A stretch of DNA of 24,540 nucleotides. Origin: a virus (lineage: Duplodnaviria; Caudoviricetes). The notes beneath the pieces are model-generated. The model was not told the DNA's origin, did no database searches, and saw only the letters and a program-made list of their open reading frames with translations. This document shows positions 7,929-14,968 of the stretch, one piece after another. Each line of letters starts with the position of its first letter. Positions within the stretch are counted from its first letter, which is position 1. The position numbers and the translations under genes were made by a program. The stretch covers positions 1 to 24,540 of IMG/VR virus record IMGVR_UViG_3300012987_000005. One strand, given 5' to 3'.

Positions 7929-8131
7929 GGGCGCCGCCTACGCGCCGAGCGCAGCAAATCCGGCGGGAGCCGGTCGTACTGGTGCCAGCTGCAGCGCGGG
8001 GCAAATCCGGCGCCGGAACGCACCAGCGCGACGGCTCGCCGATCGCAGCGTGTGCACACGGAGGCCGGCTTCAGCCGCACCCAGCGCTGATCGCGGTGCG
8101 GACCGTGGAACAGCTCGAGCTGGTGCTTCAC
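7925..8131 (-). CDS. Small Zn-finger protein
   Basis: VCTRC...RCSWH; GTGA coupling. Confidence 0.55.
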   Translation of the reverse strand: MKHQLELFHGPHRDQRWVRLKPASVCTRCDRRAVALVRSGAGFAPRCSWHQYDRLPPDLLRSARRRRP

Positions 8132-8328
8132 GGCTTACCGCCGGGGTTGAGGCAGCTTTCGCACTGGCAGTGCGGCACGTGCACGTGCGTGGACCGCGTC
8201 CATGCTTGGCGTAGCGCGAGGCCCGTCCGGCAGAGCGGCCACGGAGGGGCGCAAATCAGGCAGGTGCGCACATGTGCGCTAAACTGACTTGCGATTTCGC
8301 TTGTTTCAGTTCCTACTGTGTGAGTCAT
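8128..8328 (-). CDS. Small Cys/His-rich protein
   Basis: HVRTCLIC...LC...HCQCESC. Confidence 0.55.
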   Translation of the reverse strand: MTHTVGTETSEIASQFSAHVRTCLICAPPWPLCRTGLALRQAWTRSTHVHVPHCQCESCLNPGGKP

Positions 8329-8353
8329 CGGCTGTGAGGCAGTCCGCGGGCAA

Positions 8354-8384
8354 TGCCCCTCCCGGGTGCAACCGGAGAGGGGCA
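8354..8384. terminator. GC-rich intergenic hairpin (terminator or regulatory)
   Basis: TGCCCCTC-CCGG-gtgcaa-CCGG-a-GAGGGGCA, followed on + by aacttcttt. Confidence 0.5.
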
Positions 8385-8401
8385 AACTTCTTTGTGAGGG
8401 T

Positions 8402-8635
8402 TTAGGGCTTCGTGTTGGCGGCTCGCGCTACGCACGCGATCGCAGCGGCAAGCTCAGCGATGGACGCGGTCCGTTTCGCGATCTGCTCGGTCGAATCAGA
8501 GCCGTAGGTTGTGGTGCGGTGCTCCGCCTCGAGCTGTGCGCAGTAGGCGTCGCGCTCCTCGATCAGCTCATGCAGCTTTCCAGTCAGCTCGGTCAGGAGC
8601 CGCTGGAAGGGCACAGCTGGGAACATGCGCGCCAT
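8402..8635 (-). CDS. Hypothetical coiled-coil protein
   Basis: MARMFPAVPFQRLLTELTGKLHELIEERD; TGATG coupling. Confidence 0.55.
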   Translation of the reverse strand: MARMFPAVPFQRLLTELTGKLHELIEERDAYCAQLEAEHRTTTYGSDSTEQIAKRTASIAELAAAIACVARAANTKP

Positions 8636-8949
8636 CACTCCGCCGCGGTCTCGGTCGGCAACGGTGGTTCCACCGCATCGAGTTTGACGATGGCCATGGC
8701 GAGATCGAGCACGCTCGAGCGCAGCGTCAGCGGCTCGCTTCCGTGGAAGGGTTGCACGATGACAGCACGCGCACGCTCGAGCACCAGCCGGAGCGGCGCA
8801 ACTAGTGCTCGTTCGTACGCCAGCTGCGTTTGCATGCAGAGCGCTCCGTTGCGCACCCAGCAAAAGCGCGCGCCTTTCAGCTTGTTCGACTCGACCACAC
8901 CGCGCGGGCGATGGCAGTCGGGGCAGCGATCAGCGTGGGAGACGTTCAC
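8635..8949 (-). CDS. Zn-finger plus helical protein
   Basis: GTG 8949; RCPDC...FCW...LC. Confidence 0.55.
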   Translation of the reverse strand: MNVSHADRCPDCHRPRGVVESNKLKGARFCWVRNGALCMQTQLAYERALVAPLRLVLERARAVIVQPFHGSEPLTLRSSVLDLAMAIVKLDAVEPPLPTETAAE

Positions 8950-9176
8950 TTGGAGGCCCTCGCAACGCGCTCGATCTCGAGCGCAAGTGCGCGCAGCACC
9001 TGCGCGGTTTCGAGTGCGTTCTCTGCAGTCGTCTCTAGGCGATAGCCGTCCTGATGATGGGTGGTCTCGAGCTGCGGGCTTGCATTGACTGACTGCACGC
9101 TCGAGAAGCGAGTGCCGGGCAGCGTGAAGCTCAGCACGAGCTTGCTCTCGAACACGACATTTAGCTCCTGCTTCAT
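8946..9176 (-). CDS. Hypothetical protein
   Basis: MKQELNVVFESK; TGATG coupling. Confidence 0.5.
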   Translation of the reverse strand: MKQELNVVFESKLVLSFTLPGTRFSSVQSVNASPQLETTHHQDGYRLETTAENALETAQVLRALALEIERVARASK

Positions 9177-9475
9177 CACTCGTCTCCCACGCGATAGAAC
9201 GGCACTCCGGCATAGCTGTGCGGCTGACCGAGGTGTTCCGGTTCGAGTGTGCATGGCGCACCATCAGCAGCGCGCCGGGCTTGGCAGTAGCGCTTCGGGG
9301 TCGGGAATTCCCGCTCGAGCACGTCGGCAATGCGCTCGAGCGCATCGGCCGCGCGCTCGGCCACGCAAACTTCTCGGTACGACGAGCACTGGCCCGGGTG
9401 CCCTGCCCTGAGCAGGCAGCGTGTGCCGCTAACAGTGCGATCGCAGAGCGCCCCGCAAAACACCGGTGTCGGCAT
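9176..9475 (-). CDS. Protein with two C-x(n)-CxLxxxHxG metal-binding repeats
   Basis: FCGA...RCLLRAGHPGQC and YCQA...PCTLEPEHLGQPH. Confidence 0.6.
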   Translation of the reverse strand: MPTPVFCGALCDRTVSGTRCLLRAGHPGQCSSYREVCVAERAADALERIADVLEREFPTPKRYCQARRAADGAPCTLEPEHLGQPHSYAGVPFYRVGDE

Positions 9476-9705
9476 CAGTCGCCCTCCGCCTCAAGTGCCA
9501 TCGCTGCGACGTGCGCCGACACCTCGATCAGCGCCTCCTGGAAGTCTTCGCGTTGCTGCACTGTGCACTTGCCGACGTCACCGCCGCAGTGCGCGACGAA
9601 CAGCCGCAGCGCCGTTTCGAATTTCTCTTCGGCTGCGAGCATCGCTGACTCGTGTGCCCGCTCTTCTTTTCGTCGACCCATCACCGTTGCCCTTTCGGTT
9701 TCCAC
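9475..9705 (-). CDS. Hypothetical helical protein
   Basis: Coupled to the downstream ORF. Confidence 0.5.
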   Translation of the reverse strand: METERATVMGRRKEERAHESAMLAAEEKFETALRLFVAHCGGDVGKCTVQQREDFQEALIEVSAHVAAMALEAEGD

Positions 9706-9905
9706 CCATGCTTGCGCCAGTACGCTTTGACGGACTCGAGCTCAGCTCGGTGCGTCCAAGCGCCGTTCCAAAGCACTCGCTCGTTATCGTTGGCCACACT
9801 CGTCTTGCCGCTGCGCACGTAGTCGAGCTCCCATCGATAGGCCGCCGTGACATCGGCAACGCCCATCCAGGTCCACCCAACCCGTTTGAACTTGCGCGCC
9901 CTCAT
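9681..9905 (-). CDS. Trp-rich basic protein
   Basis: ATG 9905 (MRARKFKRVGWTW), ATGA overlap. Confidence 0.5.
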   Translation of the reverse strand: MRARKFKRVGWTWMGVADVTAAYRWELDYVRSGKTSVANDNERVLWNGAWTHRAELESVKAYWRKHGWKPKGQR

Positions 9906-10270
9906 GCCGGCGCAAACTCCACGCGCACGACCAGAGCCACCGGCTCGACGTGGCGATTCAGCACCAGCATTCGCACGCTCGAGCGCGCTGAGACCATTGG
10001 GAACTGCAGGTGCTCGCCACTCAGCCGGCAAAGCTCGATGTTCTTTGTGTACGACTCGGGCTTCAGATCTTCGAACGGCGCCGGCCTAAGCAGCACTTCG
10101 TTATGCTCCATTTGGAGCGACTGAAGCGTGAGCGCTCGAAGCCGCTGACTGTAGAACGCGACCGCGCGCACTCGGGCCAGCGGGAAGCGAGGCACGACTT
10201 CGTGAAACAACAGCACGCCCGGTGCTGCAATCAGTCCGTGAGGCGCGTTGTTCAGTTCGCCTCCGTTCAC
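9902..10270 (-). CDS. Beta-rich protein, apparent remote paralog of the candidate capsid domain
   Basis: LQFPMVSARSSVRMLVLN aligns by eye with IVFPTIETSTGVQFVVSN of 630..1301. Confidence 0.55.
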   Translation of the reverse strand: MNGGELNNAPHGLIAAPGVLLFHEVVPRFPLARVRAVAFYSQRLRALTLQSLQMEHNEVLLRPAPFEDLKPESYTKNIELCRLSGEHLQFPMVSARSSVRMLVLNRHVEPVALVVRVEFAPA

Positions 10271-11067
10271 TGGCAGCCCCCAACGAGCTCGAGCACCGAC
10301 CACCAATTGCCACTCGGAGTGACGATCACGATGCGCGCCGAGCTCGCGGACGTCGGCTGCTCGAGCACCAGGTCAAGTACTCCGGGCGCCGGCGTCGACG
10401 TCGTCTGCGCAACCGAGGCACCGTCGAGCTCGAGCTCGAGCTCGAGCGGCATGTCACCAGGGACGGAACGGAGCTCGAGTCGGTCGAGCGTTGTCGGCTT
10501 GCCGAGCTCGAGGGCAATCCACTGCCCCGCCGCTTGGGGCTCGCCGCTGGACCAGCGCGTTCCTGGATCGCCGTCTAGCATGGCCTCCGGAGGCTCATTG
10601 GGCCGAGCAGCAAACGCCGAAACTCGCCAGCCAGCGCGTGAGCAAACAGCAGCAGGAAGCGAGCCTCCCTCGCCGCCATGGTCAGAGCTCGAGCCCGCCG
10701 CCGAGCTCGAGCCCGCTGCCGAGCTCGAGCCGGCAGTGCTCGACGGCGTTCCGCCGGCGCCGGCGCCGGCGACATCGTTACCCGTGCCAGCTTCGTCCGC
10801 GCCAGCTTCGCCGGCGGCTGCAACCAGTGCTTCCTCATGCGAGATAAACTTCGGGCCACACCCGCAAAGCAGGTGTGACAGTGCACCCGCGACGATGACG
10901 ACAAGAACGAAGAACAACGCGCGTTCGATGGCGATCTGCGCTCGCGTGGGCATCGAAGAACCGCAGCGCATGCAGTAGGACGACACACACGAGGCGTCTT
11001 TTGAACGACCACTGCAGATCGAGCACGCCGCCTGCGGCCCGTCGTAACCGCAGTTGCGGCAGTTCAC
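10267..11067 (-). CDS. Membrane or lipoprotein with Gly/Ser linker and F5/8 type C (discoidin/CBM32) domain
   Basis: TM ALFFVLVVIVAGALSHLLCGC; AMLDGDPGTRWSSGEPQAAGQWIALELG is a typical discoidin motif. Start GTG 11067 (coupled) or ATG 10953. Confidence 0.8.
   Translation of the reverse strand: MNCRNCGYDGPQAACSICSGRSKDASCVSSYCMRCGSSMPTRAQIAIERALFFVLVVIVAGALSHLLCGCGPKFISHEEALVAAAGEAGADEAGTGNDVAGAGAGGTPSSTAGSSSAAGSSSAAGSSSDHGGEGGSLPAAVCSRAGWRVSAFAARPNEPPEAMLDGDPGTRWSSGEPQAAGQWIALELGKPTTLDRLELRSVPGDMPLELELELDGASVAQTTSTPAPGVLDLVLEQPTSASSARIVIVTPSGNWWSVLELVGGCQ
10685..10736. repeat. 18-bp tandem repeat, about 3 copies (AGSSSA linker)
   Basis: gagctcgagcccgc[c/t]gcc repeated. Confidence 0.85.
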
Positions 11068-11249
11068 GACGCCACCGCCGCGGCTTCGGTACAAAGGTGG
11101 CAGTCGAGCACTTGCGCGCCCGAATTGGCCTCGACGCACTGATTGCCGTGCCTGCAGTGATGTGCGGCCAGGCCGCCCGCTTCCTTGATGCTGACCTCGC
11201 GCCCGCACGCTGGGCAGACGGTGCGCGGCTTCTTGTAAAACTTGGTCAC
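11064..11249 (-). CDS. Small Zn-finger protein
   Basis: VCPACGREV...HHC...C...CHLC; GTGA coupling. Confidence 0.6.
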   Translation of the reverse strand: MTKFYKKPRTVCPACGREVSIKEAGGLAAHHCRHGNQCVEANSGAQVLDCHLCTEAAAVAS

Positions 11250-11545
11250 CGGCAACTCCGTTTCTTCGGCGCTGCCACGGCAGCGACAACAGCCTGAGTC
11301 AGTTGGCGAGCAATTGGAGCTGGACGGTGCGCGCGCTTGTCGCGAACCCACCAGCGTCCGTTTGAGCACGCGATGACGTCTTGGTCGCGCAGCGCACGGA
11401 GCGCGTCATCAATGTCAGCTCCGTTCATGGCGAGCCGCTGCGGAACGTTGCGCACGACCACCGAGTGCGTTGGAGAGTTCGCGATCTCCTGCAGGAGCCA
11501 GTTTGTAAACTGCTCGAGCTTCGAGCTCTGCGCGCTCACGACCAC
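11246..11545 (-). CDS. Possible winged-helix DNA-binding protein
   Basis: VPQRLAMNGADIDDALRALRDQDVIACSNGRWWV resembles a wHTH recognition helix plus wing. Confidence 0.5.
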   Translation of the reverse strand: MVVSAQSSKLEQFTNWLLQEIANSPTHSVVVRNVPQRLAMNGADIDDALRALRDQDVIACSNGRWWVRDKRAHRPAPIARQLTQAVVAAVAAPKKRSCR

Positions 11546-11880
11546 ACCAGCCGCGCAAACGTCACGATCAGCACCAGCGCGAATGAGATACCCAGCACCG
11601 TGCCCGCGCGGTCAGCCGCGGAGAAACGCGGCGCGCTCGACAGGCGCGGCAAACGGTTTGGGTTCGGTGCTTCATCACGCACCTGTTCGAAGCCGCCAAG
11701 GACCCACCCGGGTTGCCCCTCGAGCGCGTGCTCGACTTCCCCCCATTCGATCGAGACCAGACGCGCCTCGTAGCGATAGGTCCGGCCGCACTCGGCGCAG
11801 ATCGTCACGGCTCCCACTTCCGGGGCAACGCGCGGCAAGAAACGAAAGCTCTCACCGCACAGGCAAACGCGCGACATCAC
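11536..11880 (-). CDS. Zn-ribbon protein with C-terminal TM helix
   Basis: VCLCG...ICAECG; VLGISFALVLIVTFARLVW. Confidence 0.65.
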   Translation of the reverse strand: MMSRVCLCGESFRFLPRVAPEVGAVTICAECGRTYRYEARLVSIEWGEVEHALEGQPGWVLGGFEQVRDEAPNPNRLPRLSSAPRFSAADRAGTVLGISFALVLIVTFARLVWS

Positions 11881-12662
11881 CGCGCGCCCCCGGTCGTTTT
11901 ATCCGCAGCGGCGCGAGACGACGCGCAGAGTCGGTGGTGGCGCAGCGTGAGGCGAGCGTTCAATCTCGCCGTTGGCTCGTCGGACCGCGAACTCAGGCTC
12001 ACCCGCGCGGGTGAGTTCGTCGGCGTCGTACGCCTGCTTATTGAACCAGATAACGATCGTCGCTCGTTCGCCCGTCTTGATGAGCTCCCCCGCCCGCACC
12101 GCCGCCCATAATTTGAACGGCGGCGCGTTCCACACCCAAAGCGCCGCCGCCAATCGCCGTTCGTCCCGCGCCATTGTGTGGCATCGTGCAGCAGCCGCCA
12201 CAGACGGGCCAAGTTGACCCCTCTGTATCTTATGCGAACCGCTTCCGTGAGCGGAGATGCGAGCACATAAATAAGTACCGCGACGAGCACCGCCGCGATC
12301 CTCTGAGCTGCCGTGCTCGCTGATTCGCCAGTCGAGCGCACCTCGTCGAGAAATTCAGCGCCGCAAGCGTCCGAAATCTGCGCGCGGAGTTCTGCAACGG
12401 AGGCGTCTCCGAGGTAGCCGTACCCGCGGGATTCGAGCATGTCGCAGCACCGCGCAAGGATTCGCGCGGTGACCTGCATTTCGACAGGATCGGGCTTGGG
12501 GTTCGCGCCGGTGTAAACATCGTGCGCCTGGGCGCACTGCTCCGGCGTCATTCCGAGCGAATGGCCGGCGGTCCCAATCAGCACCGTCAAAACGTCCTGC
12601 GAGCGCAGACTGCGATCGCGACGGCCTTCACGGCGCGTCGGCGTCTTTTTGCGGCGGCTCAT
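11877..12662 (-). CDS. Hypothetical protein; 3' third ambiguous with alternative ORF 11899..12201
   Basis: ATGA coupled at 12662; the N-terminal 140 aa look protein-like. Confidence 0.4.
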   Translation of the reverse strand: MSRRKKTPTRREGRRDRSLRSQDVLTVLIGTAGHSLGMTPEQCAQAHDVYTGANPKPDPVEMQVTARILARCCDMLESRGYGYLGDASVAELRAQISDACGAEFLDEVRSTGESASTAAQRIAAVLVAVLIYVLASPLTEAVRIRYRGVNLARLWRLLHDATQWRGTNGDWRRRFGCGTRRRSNYGRRCGRGSSSRRANERRSLSGSISRRTTPTNSPARVSLSSRSDEPTARLNARLTLRHHRLCASSRAAADKTTGGAR

Positions 12663-12985
12663 TTCGCCAAGGGCTCCCGAAACTTGGCCCATGACGATTG
12701 CAACGACGCGATCCGCGCAGCTGGATCACCCTCGGGCAGCTTCAGAGCCGGCAACCGTTCGCCCCATCGTTCCCCGTGTTGGCGTGGAGAAACGTCACGA
12801 AATCCGGCGCGGCGTGCCGCGGTGACAAGGCCGAGGCGATATCGCGCAAAGCTCTTACGGTACTTAGCCAGCAGCTGCTGGTGGCATCCTGAGCAGTGCC
12901 ACCCAGCACCGGCACACACGCCGTCTGGTGGTGCCGCCCCGCAATTGCGGCAGACGAACGCGGAACAATCGACTATCTTTTTCAT
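12659..12985 (-). CDS. Truncated paralog of Rep (Zn finger and motif I region only)
   Basis: Shares VCRxC, WxCxxC, RLGLVTAA and ERWGERL with Rep; lacks HUH and the catalytic Tyr. Confidence 0.85.
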   Translation of the reverse strand: MKKIVDCSAFVCRNCGAAPPDGVCAGAGWHCSGCHQQLLAKYRKSFARYRLGLVTAARRAGFRDVSPRQHGERWGERLPALKLPEGDPAARIASLQSSWAKFREPLAK

Positions 12986-13011
12986 GTCTGGACTCCAACT
13001 AGTTCGGACCT

Positions 13012-13050
13012 GGCCCCGGTCGTGTAGCAGCGACGCGGGGCCTCTTCAGT
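13012..13050. terminator. Hairpin at the boundary of the structural and early arms
   Basis: GGCCCCG-GTCG-tgtagcag-CGAC-g-CGGGGCC, followed on + by tcttcagttt. Confidence 0.45.
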
Positions 13051-13187
13051 TTGTACGTTCGACCCGGCCGATCCATTCACCGGCACCATCGCAGAAAAGC
13101 AGGTTTTCGCGCGCTGTGCAAACGCCACCCCGCAGGCGCTCAGTGCCGCTCGACCCTGGCGGGTTTCGCCACCAAGCGCCGGGGCGG

Positions 13188-13757
13188 TCACACTGCCCCC
13201 GTGAGAAGCGGTTCAATCGAGAAAAAGGCCGTCACGGCCGAACGCGCCGCGCTCGAGCGCGTGACAGCGCCGCCGGCGCCGTTGCCGTTGACCAGCTGTA
13301 CCGCAGTCGGCGTCACGCTCTCGACGACGGCCATGTGTTGGTTGTGATCGAAGTAGGCCATATCCCCCGGCTTCGGCGACTGCGTGATCGGGAGCGACTG
13401 GTGCTTGTCCGACAGGGCGAAGCCGGCTTCGATCTCCCAAAACCAGTCCAGGGCAAGCCCCGCCTGGTGCAAGCACCACAGCGCGAACGCGCCGCACCAG
13501 TCGGCGCCGGCGGGGTCCTTGCCCGGCAGCACGTCGTCCCAATAGATCTGGGGGTTCGTGTTGCCGAGCTGGCTCACCGCGGCCGCGACAACGGCTGCGC
13601 GCCCCGTGAGCGGCTGCGCCGGCACCCTGGTGTCAGGTCGCGGCACGACGCCCCCGGCGGGCGCGTGCGACGTTGCACGGGAGCTCCCACCGACCATCAG
13701 CGCGACGAGCCCGCCGAGAATGGGCAGAGCGAGCAGCCAGGCCTTGCTGCGCATCAA
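13188..13757 (-). CDS. CHAP-domain peptidoglycan hydrolase with N-terminal TM or signal segment
   Basis: DWCGAFALWC, PKPGDMAYF, HMAVVESV, VNGN. Confidence 0.88.
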   Translation of the reverse strand: MMRSKAWLLALPILGGLVALMVGGSSRATSHAPAGGVVPRPDTRVPAQPLTGRAAVVAAAVSQLGNTNPQIYWDDVLPGKDPAGADWCGAFALWCLHQAGLALDWFWEIEAGFALSDKHQSLPITQSPKPGDMAYFDHNQHMAVVESVTPTAVQLVNGNGAGGAVTRSSAARSAVTAFFSIEPLLTGAV

Positions 13758-14440
13758 AACGGCACCTCGGCCAGCAGCTTCGCCAGCTCCTCAGGGCTCT
13801 GCTTGTATCTCCGCGCGTTGCGCACGGTGCGGCCGAGCTCGCGCTGCTGTTTGAGCAGCTCGCGCAGCGCCGAGTCGGCCTCGGCTTGCTGCACGCGCAA
13901 AATCTCGTCCGGGTTCTCCTCGGCCCAGTCGAGAAACGCTTCGGTGCGCGAGCGCTTCGGCGTGCCCTTGATGCGCCGGCTCACCTTATCGAACACCGGC
14001 ACGAGCTCGGCGGGCAGGTTGGCGCGGACCGCGTCGTCATCCTCCTGCGCGCGCTTGCGATGCGAGCTGCGGAGCACCGGCTCCTTGCCCGCGTTGCGCA
14101 CTTGCCGCTGCAGCGAACGCTCGGCACGGAACGTCCGCCGCGCCCCGAGCTCGAGCTCGAGCCCGGTCGCTTTGGCTTTCGCCTTGCCGCTCGAGCACGC
14201 CTGACGCTCGAGCACGCGCTCGGCACGCTGGCCCTGCACGAACTCCGCCCGCGCGGCCGCTTGCCGCTCTTTGAGCGCCGTGCGCGTCGCGTGGCAGGTC
14301 TCACGCGCGGCGCGCACCATCAGCTTTCGCTCGACGCGCGCGTGCTTGATCTTCGCGCGAAGTAGCCCGAGCGTCGCCCGGTCTTTTTCGCGCAAGTCGT
14401 CGGCCAGCTCGCGCTGCAGCTTCCTGCGATCGGCGTGCAT
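13754..14440 (-). CDS. Basic coiled-coil protein
   Basis: Arg/Glu/Ala-rich helices; strong RBS GGGGGAG. Confidence 0.7.
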   Translation of the reverse strand: MHADRRKLQRELADDLREKDRATLGLLRAKIKHARVERKLMVRAARETCHATRTALKERQAAARAEFVQGQRAERVLERQACSSGKAKAKATGLELELGARRTFRAERSLQRQVRNAGKEPVLRSSHRKRAQEDDDAVRANLPAELVPVFDKVSRRIKGTPKRSRTEAFLDWAEENPDEILRVQQAEADSALRELLKQQRELGRTVRNARRYKQSPEELAKLLAEVPF

Positions 14441-14453
14441 GCCGCTCCCCCCG

Positions 14454-14957
14454 TCAGCCGGTCTGGGGTTCGAGCTTCAGGAGTTGTCGCTTTGCGAACT
14501 CGGCGAGCGGTGCGTGAGAACAATGCTCGACGACGGTTTGCAGGGCGGCACGGTTGCCCTCTTTGGCCCAACCGCGCACCAGCGCGTAGACGTCGTCTTC
14601 GCGCTCGAGCCGCCCGATCGCTGAGAGGACGTCCGCCGGCTCCTTCAGGCCGAGCTCGGCAGGCGTGACAGCCTCAGCTCGCTCCGCCGCGCTTGGCTGC
14701 GCGCTCGGCAATGTAACACCGAGCGCCGACGCAACAGTTTCCGGCGTCACCGCGTCCGGCACGTGTGAATAGAACATCAGCACGTTGTCGAGGCTGCCGA
14801 ACGTGCGCTCGACCGCGGCGAGCTCGCGCTGGAGAGCATACGCATCGGCCTCCGGGAGTAGCTCTGCCGCGCGCGAGATGATCGCTGCGAGCTCTGATGC
14901 GTGCGTTGCGAGCTGGTGTTTCAGCGTGTCGACTAGAGACAGGTGATGAGTGTGCAT
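14454..14957 (-). CDS. Hypothetical helical protein
   Basis: RBS AAGGAA then ATG 14957 (MHTHHLSLVDTLKHQL). Confidence 0.7.
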   Translation of the reverse strand: MHTHHLSLVDTLKHQLATHASELAAIISRAAELLPEADAYALQRELAAVERTFGSLDNVLMFYSHVPDAVTPETVASALGVTLPSAQPSAAERAEAVTPAELGLKEPADVLSAIGRLEREDDVYALVRGWAKEGNRAALQTVVEHCSHAPLAEFAKRQLLKLEPQTG

Positions 14958-14968
14958 GCACAATTCCT

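Noticed and set aside
7713-8004. N-terminal extension making Rep 672 aa
   Set aside because: Overlaps coupled small ORFs in other frames and looks non-protein-like; a later start is more plausible.
10685-10736. Short repeats as a CRISPR array
   Set aside because: No spacers; in-frame coding linker. No CRISPR array or cas gene seen in the window.
12210-12216. CAACTTG resembling the phiX174 origin
   Set aside because: Followed by GCC rather than ATA, and far from rep.
13754-13780. C-terminal EVPF resembling the SSB tail DDIPF
   Set aside because: Only one acidic residue adjacent; too short to support mimicry.
12522-14204. Long plus-strand ORFs (560 aa here; also 2721..3803, 10010..10978, 17663..18790, 21297..22205)
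   Set aside because: Antisense shadows of motif-bearing minus-strand genes in GC-rich DNA, with low-information Arg/Ala/Ser composition.
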